Shown here: piece by piece, positions 48,388 through 61,363 of the stretch | Numbering within the stretch: position 1 is the first letter of the stretch | Layout: every line of letters begins with the position of its first letter | Source of the DNA: Botryllus schlosseri | Taxonomy: Eukaryota | Direction of reading: 5' to 3' | Assembly (NCBI GenBank): GCA_051294905.1 | Contig: CM119382.1 | Location: 25,916,001-25,980,000 of the forward strand | Length of the DNA: 64,000 bases | Made by a program: the position numbers and the translations under genes | The notes under the pieces: model-generated | What the model was told of the DNA's origin: nothing | The model's input: only the letters and a program-made list of their open reading frames with translations | The model's database searches: none

Positions 48388-51300
48388 TGTAGCAGATAGG
48401 CCTAATTAGGAGATACTGATGCTGCCAATTACAACATGAAAGATAAATAATTGTTCTCATGAAATGTGGTTGTCCACTGACCAGTTCGCCTTACTATATC
48501 TGCTGTTCACTCAAGTCATCCCTCTCAACTGGTACCTAAGTCCATCTCTAGAATAAAATGGTCAAGTTGCCACTTTACAATGCTATCATATCCTAATCAT
48601 TCCATTCATTCATCTGCTCTACTATGATCGATTTTAAAGCAAGCACTAAATTTTATCTGTGACGTCACATCAAGTTATGGCATCACAACTTATTGAATAT
48701 ATTTACTGTACACTGTTCTCCATGCTAGGTATTAAAACCTATTACCTTATATTTTTGAGGTATGGAATATCAGATCAAGAGTAAGACCCCTAGAACCTAG
48801 AAAGATCTGTCATTTGAAGAAAACTGCGAATTAAATAGCGTGCGGTACAAGATCTAGAATTGAACGGACCACTGGCAAACTGCTACGATTGTCGATTATA
48901 TAGAGCTTAATATATATATGACAAGTCAGTCGATGGGTGACAGCCTTAATTATAAAAAAACATGACCAAGACATATTTCAAAAATGTCCTTCCTCTGCAA
49001 AAACAATTGCTGTCAACTCCAAAAACACTTGATGAATAAATATGTAGGCTACCCTGGCCGCCCCTGTGGGATGTCCTTATCTATATAAAAGCGACTTGTG
49101 TCCTTCTTGCAACCTATGGCAAACGTCATATTAGCTTGCTGCTTGCTCTGTAATCTTAGTTACATGATCTGTATACATTCAAGTACGGTAGGCCTATTTG
49201 CGTAACCAACATGGATCAGCACATGTAGCCTACTTAGAGCATGGGCAACTGCTATATTCAATATGCGATGTATATATGTGAAAGTATAGTCACAAACACT
49301 GTGTCAATGAAATCTCAAAATGCTAGAGATTACACTTCCTGAGGACATAATTGTAATATTGAAGTGAGTAAACAATGCCCTCGATAGAATTAGTACACAG
49401 CAATTGAAACCTGTAATGAATAAAGTAACTACTATGACTGAGCAATTAAATGGACGCAACATTACCCTAACTTCATCTCTTGTATAGTTAGACTTAGAAC
49501 GATATTGGAGATGGTTCACAGAATTCAACATTGTACCTTAAATACAAATTTTCTCGTGATCATTTACAGTGTGCACCAGACAAAATAGTTATATTGCATC
49601 GCTTACACTTGCATATGCACCAAGCAAAAATAGACCACATAACTATGAAAAGCTATAACAGTAGCCCCACACATCAGGGCTTCAACCAAGCAGAAAACTG
49701 AGGCAATTTGATACAAGCCAGTAACATCATGGGAACACATCAGTACATTTGCTTCATCCCTTTGCAAAAAGACTAATACTGGTACGCTATACCATAACAA
49801 CATAAGCAGAGACAAATGTACGTTAGTTATAAATGAATCACTGCAGGAATTAAAATTTTCTGGTATCAAGAGCTCTGCCATTTCATTAAACCAATTTTCA
49901 TATCCAATGTTGATTAATTTTATGTATAACCATATTCTGTCTTCTATTTTGTTCTGGCCAGATGGGCAACTCAAAAACACAAGTTAAGGTGACTTTGGCC
50001 CTCTACTTACTATCTTTCAAAAGAAGAATTATAAATCCAATGATGACTTTTCAGAATGCAATTCAATTCATGCACTGTTTATAGTTATCTTCAGAACACC
50101 ATGCACCAAACTCTCTTTTCAATTTCCTTGGCATATTTAACTAGTTGAGATAATATGATTCCAAGGTTTATCCCAATGTTAAAAAACATGTTAACTGACT
50201 GGAAATAGTATTAAATAAGCCACAGAATTACATGAAACAATAACTTAAGGGTCATATATTCACTAAAAGCTCTTGACCCTCATCAGTAGCGAACGTTAAG
50301 AGATATTTTGTCTGTGTGATGACATAATACAACAAACATGAATTAAATAGTATGATATAACAGTACCGATACAAAACATATGTAAACAAATACACACTCA
50401 GTTGTAATGGACTGATTAGAACCATGATTTAAATCTTCAAGTACCCTCAAAATGTATAGAGTATATGAAAATTAAATCTTTGTACTGCATGCAGAGACTT
50501 GATGATTGATCCCTCTGTACAGAATCATGTTCTCCATGTGTACAAATATTTTCATGTTCCTTCACAAAATGAAATTGGTTAAAAAAATTACGTGGATATA
50601 ATTGGGTAGGAGGGCTTCAAGAGCATTCAAACACAAGTTTTCTTATTTACCGGTTTGCGCTATGCTGTAAATTTGGAGATTTTTATTGGCTAATCACAAT
50701 ATATAATGTCGGCCTATATGAAAACGAGGTTACATCGAAATTATCTAACAAATGCAGAGATTTATTGATTAACCCTCTGCACGATATCATTTTCTTAACG
50801 AGTACGGTTTTTCGCGGTTATATGACAAAGAATAATCATTAAAAAAGCACGTAAACCAAGGAGGGGGGGGGCCTTCGAAAGTGATTAAATCAACCCAGGG
50901 GGGCCCTGAGGCGATTCATTGATTAACCCTCTGTACGATATCATTTTCTTAATGAGTACGGTTTTTCGACAAATAACCAAGGAGGGGGGCCCCTTCAAAA
51001 GCGCACAAATCAACCCAGGGGGGCCCTAGGCGATTCATTGATTAACCTCTGTAAGACATCATTTTCCTAATGAGTATAGTTTTTCGACAAATAATATTCA
51101 TTAAAAGACCGTGTAAACCAAGGAGGGGGGCCCCTTCAAAAGCGCACAAATCAACCCAGGGGGGCCCTAGGCGATTCATTGATTAACCTCTGTAAGACAT
51201 CATTTTCCTAATGAGTATAGTTTTTCGACAAATAATATTCATTAAAAGACCGTGTAAACCAAGGATGGGGGAGTCGAAAGTGTATGGTTATGGCTCATAC

Positions 51301-51494
51301 CGTCACGCATGACTTTAGTTCATGCTGACAAAGACTTTTGTATCAACTCACTGGAGTTGAAGGTAGTGACAAGTGCAAGTTTCGGTTAAGTCTTTCGTTG
51401 CTTTATTTACAGCTTAATCATTTATTGGAGTATAAAACTCACTAATAAATGCATAGTTGTACATGATTAAACTTCATACACCTGGATAACGGAT

Positions 51495-54400
51495 ATGCCT
51501 GTCGGTCAATGCCCTCTTCCGAATTGCGGATTCCAGACTGCTGATACTGAAGCTGCCATCGCTGCTGCAGAGTTGAACATTCATGCTATGGTACATCAGA
51601 CGGCCACACAACATAATGACAGTGTCGCACGTCAAAAACTTCCCAGTATGGAACGCCCTGTAGTCTCTCGAGATACGACTGCTGAGGATTGGCATGTATT
51701 CCTTCGCAAATGGGAATTATTTAAAGGGGGCACGAATATGCCGGCAGATCAAATCACTAATCAGCTCTGGCAATGCTGCGAATCTGTGTTACAAACAGAC
51801 CTTTTCAAACAAGTTGATGATGTGTCTCTGATAAGTGAGGACGAACTTCTGGCTACCATCAAGGCCTTGGCTGTTATGAATATAGCAGCAAGTGTTCGCA
51901 AGGCCAATCTATTCTGTTGTCGCCAGGATCGTGATCAACCTATTCGGTCGTTTGCTGCTCAGGTCCACGGAATAGCTCGTACCTGCACATTTGCTATGAA
52001 GTGCACGCGACAAGACTGTGATCAGATAGTCAACTATTCTGATGACATCGTCAAACATGTTGTGATATCAGGCATAGCAGATGAAGATATTCGGCGAGAT
52101 ATCCTCAGTTTACCTGACCTGGACGACAGGACTCTGCCAGAGACTATTAAAGTGATTGAAACGAAAGAAATGGCGTCTCGTGCTATCTCTGTAAGTAGCC
52201 AGAGTTTCGGATCATTCGATAACACCGGAACTGTCGCGTCTAATGTGCCAAAAGCCCAAGATGCACCGCCATCGGCCAACCTTGATGTCATGATACCATG
52301 CCGTTCTTGTGGCAAGAAAATTAAGAAATTCAAGTACATTAAGGGACGATTCGGGAAGAAATTTTTGAAAGAATTCGTACAATGCTCAGAATGCTGGAAA
52401 ACAGAGAGAAAAGTATCATCTGCATCTAGCCCGTCTGGACATATGGCATCTCTTTCAACACTTGACCGCCATAATGACCATGCATCGACAACGCGTAATG
52501 CTACTCCGCGTGGACATCAGTCGTCGTTCAAGCACTACATCTTCGATGGAACAAAGGGGTGGTTAGCAAAGGAATCGAAACCGCAACCGACTGTGGAATT
52601 GCAGGTATGGACTGATACTCGAGATTATGATCAATTCAATATCCCATGTCCACAAATGTCGTCTAGGGCAGTAAAAGGTGTTGCGGACAGTGGTGCCCAA
52701 TCGTATTTGATGGGCCTAACAATGTTATTAGCATGTGGGCTTACTGAGAACTGTCTATTACCCGTAACTAAACGTATGCTTGCTGCTAACGAAGAGGGCA
52801 TAAATATTCTGGGTGCAGTATTCCTTCGAATGTCTGGTAAAATGCGCAACGGACATCGCATCGCAACAGCTGAGATGGTTTATGTAACAGACTCGACTGA
52901 TTTGTTCTACATGAGCAGAGGTGCGATGGAGCAATTGCATATTATTGGCCCGGATTTTCCTACAGTTGGCGCTGCCGCAATTACTGCTCCGGCCTCCACA
53001 AAGGAATACTCAAACACCAATAGTAATCAACGCTCGTGTGAATGCCTAAAACGCTCGTTGCCTCCTAGTTCGCCCACTGAGCTCCCATTCACGCCATGTG
53101 TGGAAAATAACGAAAAGATGAAACAATGGCTTCTACTGCGATTTAGTTCGTCAACATTCAACAAGTGCAAACATCAAACGTTGCCTTCTATGTCTGGAAC
53201 ACCCATATACATTCATGTTGATCCAGATGCAAAGCCAGCAGCAGTCCACACCAGTGTTGGGATCAAGTCACTACCTTCGAGTCACGAGTCATTTCGAGTC
53301 ATTGCACATTTTGACTCGAGTCAAGTCAAGTCAATCGATTCTCGAAGGTGACTCGAGTCAAGTCAAGTCACTCGATTTTTGGAGGTGACTCGAGTCAAGT
53401 CGAGTCAAGTCAAGTCAAGTCACGAGTCAAGTCACAATTCAAGTCAATTAGTCTTTTCGAAGTATGAGTATGATTACGTCATTACGATGTAACTAGCTGT
53501 ATGAAATACAGATTGAGTAGTCATTGATTCTGAACCTATGAACAAATATAGAGTTAAATATACACCGAAGAAGGCGCTGTATCGATCACATATACGTAAA
53601 ACTCAGTTTATAGTTACTAGTCCCATAAGAGAATAGAGAAACGAATTGATAACATGCAATAAATTATCCATTTAAATATTAATATGGTACAATTCGTGCC
53701 TACGCTAATGGTTGAGGAGTATATAAACTATATTAGAATTCAAATTCGATAAAACTGTAGGTTTGGTTAAGGTAAGTACAGAGAACAGAAATATATATAG
53801 GTCATTAAATTACTTTACTACTAGTTTACGACATCGTAAGCTGTAAGCTTCGATCATTTTATTTGTAGTCAATTTATTTGTCAGAGTACAACGGAGTCTC
53901 AGTAAAAAGCATGATCATTGAATGGTTGGTCGCTCTCAGTGGTTACACCAGCGTTTCGCCAAATCCGAACATATGCAATGTAAAGTGAATTTTATCGACA
54001 CCGATTACTTGATGACTTGAAATTGACTCGTGAATTTTGCTCCGAGTCACGAGTCAATCCACATTTTTGATACGCCGAGTCAAGTCAAGTCATTTTAGCA
54101 AAGTGACTCGAGTCAAGTCAAGTCATACGAAAAAGGTGACTCGAGTCTGACTCGAGTCAAGTCATGACTCGAGTCATCCCAACACTGGTCCACACACCTT
54201 CTCAAGTGCCAATTCACTGGCGTGATGCAGTTAAGAAACAATTGGATGATGACGTGCGTCTTGGTGTCATTGAAAAAGTTGAACCCAATACGCCGACAAA
54301 GTGGTGTCATCGAGCAATATGGGTTCGTAAAAGCGATGGAAGTCCTCGCAGAGTAATCGACTTCCAATCCCTCAACCGTCATTGCTCCCGGGACACGCAC

Positions 54401-57106
54401 CACATCGTTCCACCATTTCATCAGGCCCGTTCCATCCCACCCGATACTTTCAGATCGGTTACTGACGCCTGGAATGGCTACCATTCGGTACCTGTCAGAG
54501 AAGATGATCGCCACTTACTCACGTTCATCACTGAATTTGGCAGATATAGATATCGAGTGGCCCCACAAGGTTTCATAGCAAGCGGGGATGGATACACTCA
54601 TCGATATGATCGGATAATCGCTGATGTGCCTAGAAAGACAAAGTGCGTCGACGACACAGTGTTATGGGGTGACAGTCTGTCTGAACATTGGTGGAGAATG
54701 ATTCATTATCTCGAACTGATGGGACGCAATGGCATCATTCTTAACCCTTCAAAATTTCAATTTGCATGTAAGCATATTGAATTTGCAGGATTCGAGATTA
54801 CGGCAGACGACGTACGTCCACTTCCAAAATATTTGGAATCCATCGCCTGTTTCCCAAGGCCACAGAAGCTGTCAGACATACGGTCGTGGTTTGGACTTGT
54901 GAACCAAGTCTCCCATTATGGCAAACTTACCGACATGATGGCACCTTTCAAGAGCTTACTTAGCCCGAAATCTTCTTTCACGTGGACCAATGAACTCGAT
55001 AAGGCGTTTGCAGAATCAAAAGCTGAGATTATTCGAGCAATCCAAAATGGGGTGCGCATTTTTGACCCGAAGCGAAAAACTTGCTTGAATCCCGACTGGT
55101 CGAAAACATGCATTGGGTACTGGCTGCGTCAAAAATACTGCGAGTGCGAATCTACGACGCCTGATTGCTGTCCCAATGGCTGGAAAATTACTCTGGCAGG
55201 TTCCCGGTTCTTACGTGATTCAGAAAGACGATACGCTCCGATTGAAGGTGAGGCCCTTGCTGTGGCATGGTCACTGGAGGATACCAAGTTCTTTACCCTT
55301 GGCTGTGATGACCTTGTTATCGCTACCGATCACAAACCGCTGATCAAAATCTTCGGGGACAAATCGTTGGACGATATTACAAACACTAGAATATTCCGCC
55401 TGAAGCAGCGTACAATGTCCTGGCGCTTTCGTATTTCTCATGTTCCAGGTAAATCCATACCGGCATCGGATGCGTTCTCGAGGCACCCCGCATCACTGGA
55501 CACGACTCACTGGTCCTCCCTGGACCCAGTCGATTGTGTGGCGGCAGGTCACGATGAAAACAACCAACTAGAGACGTCTATTATTGCAGCTACAAGGGCA
55601 TCCCTGAACGCCATTAAAGTCATTTCATGGGAGGATGTGCGAAAAGCTACCCTATGCGATGATACTCTCAGTAAGCTGAAGGAATACATTGTCTCAGGAT
55701 TCTCACATGGATCGGAACAGTTGCCGTTTCAGGTCCAAGCATATTGGCGCTATCATGGTAAGCTTTCTATTGTTGATGATGTCGTCATGTATGATGATCG
55801 AGTTGTTATACCTTCAATTATGAGGAAACCAATATGTGACACCCTTCATTCTGCTCACCAAGGTATCAGTGCCATGTCACAGAGAGCTCAAGCTACTGTT
55901 TTCTGGCCCGGTATGTCGGCTTGCATTGCAAGAACGCGGGCACAATGTGATGCGTGTAGCAGGTCCGCACCGAGCCAGCCGCATTTGCCCCCTTGTGATC
56001 CTTACGTACCGACATACCCCTTTCAGGCTATTGCCGCAGATTACTGCACTGTTGCAGGTCACCAGTATCTCGTAGCCATCGATCGTTTCAGCAATTGGCC
56101 TGAAATCTTTCATATCAAGCCTGGCACTCAAACCTCTGGTGCACTTGGACTGCAAGATGCTTTACGGAACTACTTCATGGCATTCGGCGTAGTAGAAGAA
56201 CTGAGCAGCGATGGCGGACCTGAATTCACCGCTCATAGTACGCAAGATTTCCTACGTCGATGGGGTGTTCGTCACAGACTGTCTTCTGCATACAATGCTC
56301 GGTCAAATGGCCGGGCTGAAATTGCGGTCAAGTCAATTAAACGACTTATCACTGGAAATATATCACAGGATGGTGAGCTCCGAACCGACTCATTTGTACG
56401 AGCCGTGTTACAGTTCAGAAACTGTCCTGATCCAGACAATGGCCTTTCTCCAGCTCAAATCGTTTTTGGAAGACCTTTGAAAGACGCTCTGCCATTCAAG
56501 AAAGTTGGTTCAGTCTTCAACGGACATATCGTAAGACCGATGTGGACAAAGCTATGGCAAACAAGAGAACGTACGTTACGTACCAGGTTCGCTAAGCAGC
56601 TCGAATCTTTGCGACCACGCACTCATAATCTGGCACCCCTTGAAGTGGGGGACATATGTCGTGTACAAAATCAACATGGACGTTTCCCTCTTCGATGGGA
56701 CAAGACCGGTATGATTGTTCAGTGTAACGGCAATGACCAGTATCTCGTTAAGATTGATGGGTCTGGGAGATTGACTTTGCGAAACAGAAAGTACCTTCGT
56801 AAAGTACAGCCATTCTGTCGATATACTGAAAAGCAGCATGGTACGGAAACTTTATTACCCGTGCCGACACCTGAGTCACCGCATGTTGATGGTGCGAATC
56901 CCGCGCAGCGGATTCTCAATGACGCACACGAGGAAAAAGATTGCAACGACCAGCCTGTGGATGATGTTGACGATGCGTACGTGGATGATGACTCTCCTGG
57001 TACTTCTCCATCAACCAGCGCTGATGGTGGCCGCATGTCAAACCGTGTCAAAAATCCTCCATTTTGGCACAAAGACTATGTCCTTGGCGCGTTCTATTCA
57101 TATTGA
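51495..57106 (+). pseudogene. pol: Single gag-pol ORF (about 1555 aa) interrupted only by a MITE
   Basis: N-terminal CPLPNC..H..H; PR ADSGAQ; RT TDAWNGYH and CVDD; RH EGEALA and TDHKPL; IN HSAHQG..CDAC, AADY, SDGG, RAE. The halves rejoin as PAAVHT-PSQVP. Confidence 0.92.
53252..54187. mobile_element. hAT-type MITE with GACTCGAGTC arrays
   Basis: Perfect TIR CAGTGTTGGGAT/ATCCCAACACTG. TSD GTCCACAC at 53244-53251 and 54188-54195. Confidence 0.95.
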
Positions 57107-60100
57107 TGCATGTTTATTGTTGCGCCTTTTCTTTTCAACTCCTCAAGTTGTGCCTTTATCGGAGTTGTGGGGGGATGTATGGTTATGGCTCATACCGTCA
57201 CGCATGACTTTAGTTCATGCTGACAAAGACTTTTGTATCAACTCACTGGAGTTGAAGGTAGTGACAAGTACAAGTTTCGGTTAAGTCTTTCGTTGCTTTA
57301 TTTACAGCTTAATCATTTATTGGAGTATAAAACTCACTAATAAATGCATAATTGTACAGAAAGCGCGTAAATCAACCTGAGGGGGGATAGGCAATTTATT
57401 GATTAACCCTCTGTACGATATCATTTTCTTGATGAGTACGGTTTTTCGCAGTTATTCGGCAAAATTTTTTCATTTAAGAAGCGCGTTAACCAAGCAGGGG
57501 GCCCCCTTCGACAGCGCGTAAATCAACCCGAGTGGCGCTGGTAGATATATTTATTAACCTTCTGTACGATATCATTTTCTCAATGGGTACGGTTTCTCGC
57601 AGTTATTCGACAAATAATATTCATTAAAAAAGCGCGTAAACCAAGGAGGGGGGGCCCTTCGAAAGCGCATAAATCAACCCGGGGGGCCCTGGGCGACCGC
57701 CCACCTCGCCCACCCCAAAAGCCACCACTGGATCGAAGCAAAGTCGGCGTGAGTTAAACTCCTCGTTCAGCAGCGTCATTGACGACTTTGACATTACTTA
57801 CAAAATGGCTCATTTCATTGTATGATTCATACTGAGGTCATTGTTCCACAGGCTGATTCAACCATTCTACAGAACACTCAAATTAGTTGAACAAATGCCA
57901 TGACTGAGGGCCCACTAAATCAGCCAAAGTGGTCTTCCCCTCTATCGTCCTTTCTGATGAGAGAATGGGTGGCCTGTGTCGATAAGATTGCGGTTTTTCA
58001 ACTTTCAGTTGGCGGCTTGCAATGCTTTTTCTGGTATCGTAACTTTATTTTTCTGAGGATAGGGCATAAAGCACAGTTTAGTCCACAATGTACCATGGAT
58101 GCTTCTTCGACTCATTAAGAGCAGATTCAGCAACATCTTTATCCGTAGTAGAGTAACCGCCTATCTCCTGAACGAAGCGCAAGTCGTTTCCATGCGCGTC
58201 ACCCCAATGCTGCAGTCCAGCCAAGCAGGAACATAGAATAAGCTTAGAAACAAGTTCATGCGCTCCAGTTGAGTAACGCAACTTGACGAGTATTGCATCC
58301 GATCAGCCCACATGAACATATTCTGAGAATATTGAATAGTCCCCATCCACCTGACATGTGATGCATTTGCTTGATAGGTATTCTTGCCATATTCCATATT
58401 TGACTACCTCCTCATCGGTTTGAAGAAGACAATCCTGAGTTTTCGTAGTTTTAGGACATCACTCTTTCAGATACAGCAAATACTGCAGAACCTGGCGTAG
58501 AGTAAGTAACTTGGAGAGAATAATACACTCAGATGAATATCCGACCAAATAATGACCAGACTTGGATATTGTTATTGGTGGGTCCAGCACAATCTTTTCC
58601 AACGTTTCGGACATTCTTCTTCAACCAAATTCTAGTCTACCATCAAATTAGATAACTCGGTATCTTACAGTAACACTAAAATGGAGGCAAAGATTACTGA
58701 CACAACATAATTACATACCTTTCAGTAACATTTACTAGCTTAACACAAGCTGAAAATATCCGCGCATCTGTTCTCGACACAAACCACAGTTGTGCTTCTT
58801 CGGTATACAATTCATAACAAACGTGCAACCAATACATGTTTCCCATGAACGAGATAGATTGGTTGTACAATGTACATGGTAAAACGAAGATACATCTGGC
58901 ATTTACAGGACTGTATTTCAGTACAGTTATGAAAACAGATATATTTCCCATCCCTACATAGCCGTCTTGAACTGATAACTTCACAAAAGCTCCAAACCAG
59001 TGACACGGTCAACACAGATAAAGATATGACGTAAACACCATGGTGAATCGTCAGTAGTAAGGAGAATTGACCCGACGGGCTTCGCGGGCAAGGAAGATCG
59101 CGATGAAGATGACCAAAATCGCTTGTAAAAGTGTTTTTATGTACTAACTAAACTATCATTTTGAACTTTGCAAAATAAGTTTCCAAAAAAATGTCCAAAT
59201 CTGAACAACCCTAATGAACAATATTCACTCGAAACAATATCACTTTTCCACTAAATCGACATGTTATGTCATCGCTATATGAATGAGTGCCGAAATTCCA
59301 ATACTTTGCATTCAAATCAACTCTGGCATTGCCCACTATTACTTACAAGGTAGGGTTATCACATTTTGGATTCGGGAAAGGAGGACACTTATTGAAAATT
59401 TTCAGAAAGAGAATAGTGGATCAAGTAGAATCCTGAAAAAATGGTAAATTTTTCAGACTTCATGGTCGGTTGACTAAAAAAAGGCCAACTTTCCAGCTCA
59501 ACTCCGAAAATACAGTTTTTCTTCCACACTCAACATTGGTTGACTATTTGGTTGAAATTCTTCTCATTCGCACAAGTACGAACCGTCACACAGGTTGAAC
59601 AGCACTTTATGCTGTAGTCGTTTTTCGGGATAACAGTAATTTCTTATCCACAACACGAATACCACCAGTCAGGGTTCCCCATGAACATGACAAAATTCAT
59701 GACATTCAAAATTGGTGTAGGGTTCGGGTACCGTAGGAAAATTCATCATCCCTAACCAAAATCCAACGGTACGCAAACCTAACCTGAACCCACAACTCCG
59801 CAGCTGACCCTAAAACATATATATTCATTATATTGTAATTTTACTAATCCCAAAACCATAATTTTACGATACCCTCAAACCCTCATCTTATGATTCTCCA
59901 ACCTGAATGCGAAACCAATTATGGCCGCTCTGAATTTCGAAATGTTCAGAGGGCACACTGATTGGTGATGGTAATGTTTTATACATAACATAATAGGACA
60001 TGATCTATTCCTGCCCTCAAGAAATAGAATACACTAGGCCCGATTAAGAGTAAAATCTCCTGACTGAACATCGTCCGTGGAACGCGGTATCTACACCACC

Positions 60101-60445
60101 TTGGCGTGTAAGACATATTTCCTTAATAACATCGTCTGACTATAGATAACTAACCTACGGTAGGTTAGTGATCTATAGTCTGACAACTATCCGAAGTTCG
60201 TCTTCTGCGTGACTGCCTAATCGCGTCGAGCAAGTGCGCCGATGAAGTCATCGTGCTATGTAACGGGTTAAGCAATGACCCGGAGCCGCGACAGCTGCAG
60301 CCGGATGTGTTTCTGCAAATTTCAATAAATTGCCGCTCCATTACGGTGGCGTTCTGAAGAAAACGGCTGCGGCCAAATTTTTTTTTTTCATTTTGCCCTT
60401 CAATTTGAGACCACATCATTTTTTGAGTGCAGTGCCCCTTTAACT

Positions 60446-61363
60446 TTGACAAGTCTGCAGTTTCAACAATGTTCCTCTTTGTTACCACTAATCAATGAAC
60501 ATATCTGTAGACGATTCCCGGGATACTTGCAGATTTTCACTGATCGATCAAAAATTACGACGGGCACTGCGGCGGCGTTTTATGTATCGCGAACTATCAA
60601 CGGCGCAATCACTATCATAAAGGAATCGAGTTCGTTCACTGCAGAATTGGTGGGAATAAGCTCAGCTCTACAATGGGCTGTGGAAAACAGCAATACCAAT
60701 ATACTAATACTCGTGGACTGCTCGAGCGCAATTCAAGCGATTGACAATATTTATGGGCGATCACATCACCTCGTCGCACCAATTTTACAGACGATCCATC
60801 GGATATCGGAGGCAGGATACGAGATCGCTATTGTTTGGATACCTGGTCATTATCAAATTCCCGGGAATGAAAAGGCAGATGAATTGGCCAGACGAGCGAG
60901 TCAAGCCAGTGTGCAAACGACTGAATTCAAACCTTCCGTACGAGACATCGCTGCTTCGCGTCGGAAGGCGTGCATCGAACTATGGAATAACCGCTATTCA
61001 CTATCGGATAAGTCACAACAATATAAGGAATGTTTTCCAACCGTCTACCCCAGACCAGACGTGAATGGACTACCGAAAAGGTATCAAGCGATCATGTTCC
61101 GACTACAAACCGGACATTGTGGACTAAAAGCACATCTATCCAAATTGGGAATAGCAGATTCAGCCAATTGCTCAACTTGCCGCCAAGAAGAGAGTATCGC
61201 CCATTATTTATTGACGTGTCGAAATTATAGACACAAGAGAAGAATTCTCGAGGACACGTGTCGGAGGAAGAATATCGCTCCCACAGTAACAAACTTTTTG
61301 ACTGAGACGCATATTTTTCCATACGTCGTGGAATTCGTTCTCGCAACAAAGCCATATATTTGA
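60446..61363 (+). pseudogene. LINE RNase H domain and C-terminal CCHC-like motif
   Basis: FTDRSK, TAELVG, LVDCSS, WIPGH..IPGNEKADELA, RLQTGH, CSTCRQEESIAHYLLTC. Confidence 0.85.

Larger units (their letters stand above)
51281..57358 (+). mobile_element. Full-length Ty3/gypsy LTR retrotransposon
   Basis: 183-bp LTRs at 51281-51463 and 57176-57358 (2 mismatches). TSD GAAAG at 51276-51280 and 57359-57363. G-rich PPT before 57176. Confidence 0.97.
50740..57690. repeat. About 140-bp G-run-rich subterminal tandem array of the hAT element, split by the LTR element (50740-51275, 57364-57690)
   Basis: The unit AACCAAGGAGGGGG..CCCTTC..AAAGCGC..AAATCAACCCAGGGGGGCCC...GATTAACC(C)TCTGTA recurs on both sides. 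Confidence 0.8.
44727..57730 (-). mobile_element. ZMYM/TTF-type hAT DNA transposon
   Basis: Perfect 13-bp TIR CAGTGGTGGCTTT/AAAGCCACCACTG. TSD GATCGAAG at 44719-44726 and 57731-57738. Confidence 0.93.
43587..59213 (-). mobile_element. hATm-like DNA transposon with a degenerate transposase split by a hAT insertion
   Basis: About 150-bp TIRs starting TAGGGTT; TSD ACGAACAA/ATGAACAA. Minus-strand remnants: RWMGTIQY...LFYVPAWL, NDLRF...KHPWYI, and VKVVNDAAERGV joining ASIITDD...LLQVVEQHRQKY across the TSD. Confidence 0.75.
43275..59607. mobile_element. Probable hAT MITE split by the hATm element
   Basis: CAGTGCTTTTCAACC...GGTTGAACAGCACTT. TSD is only partial. Confidence 0.45.
42864..60439. mobile_element. 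Kolobok-type TIR element enlarged to 17.6 kb by nested inserts
   Basis: About 255-bp TIRs (AGGGGC(G/A)CTGCACTCAAAAAATGATGTGGTCTC). TTAA TSD at 42860-42863 and 60440-60443. Confidence 0.8.

Noticed and set aside
48400-50700. Possible cargo gene inside the hAT element (125-aa ORF at 49603-49980)
   Set aside because: AT-rich, no recognisable motif, no consistent exon chain.
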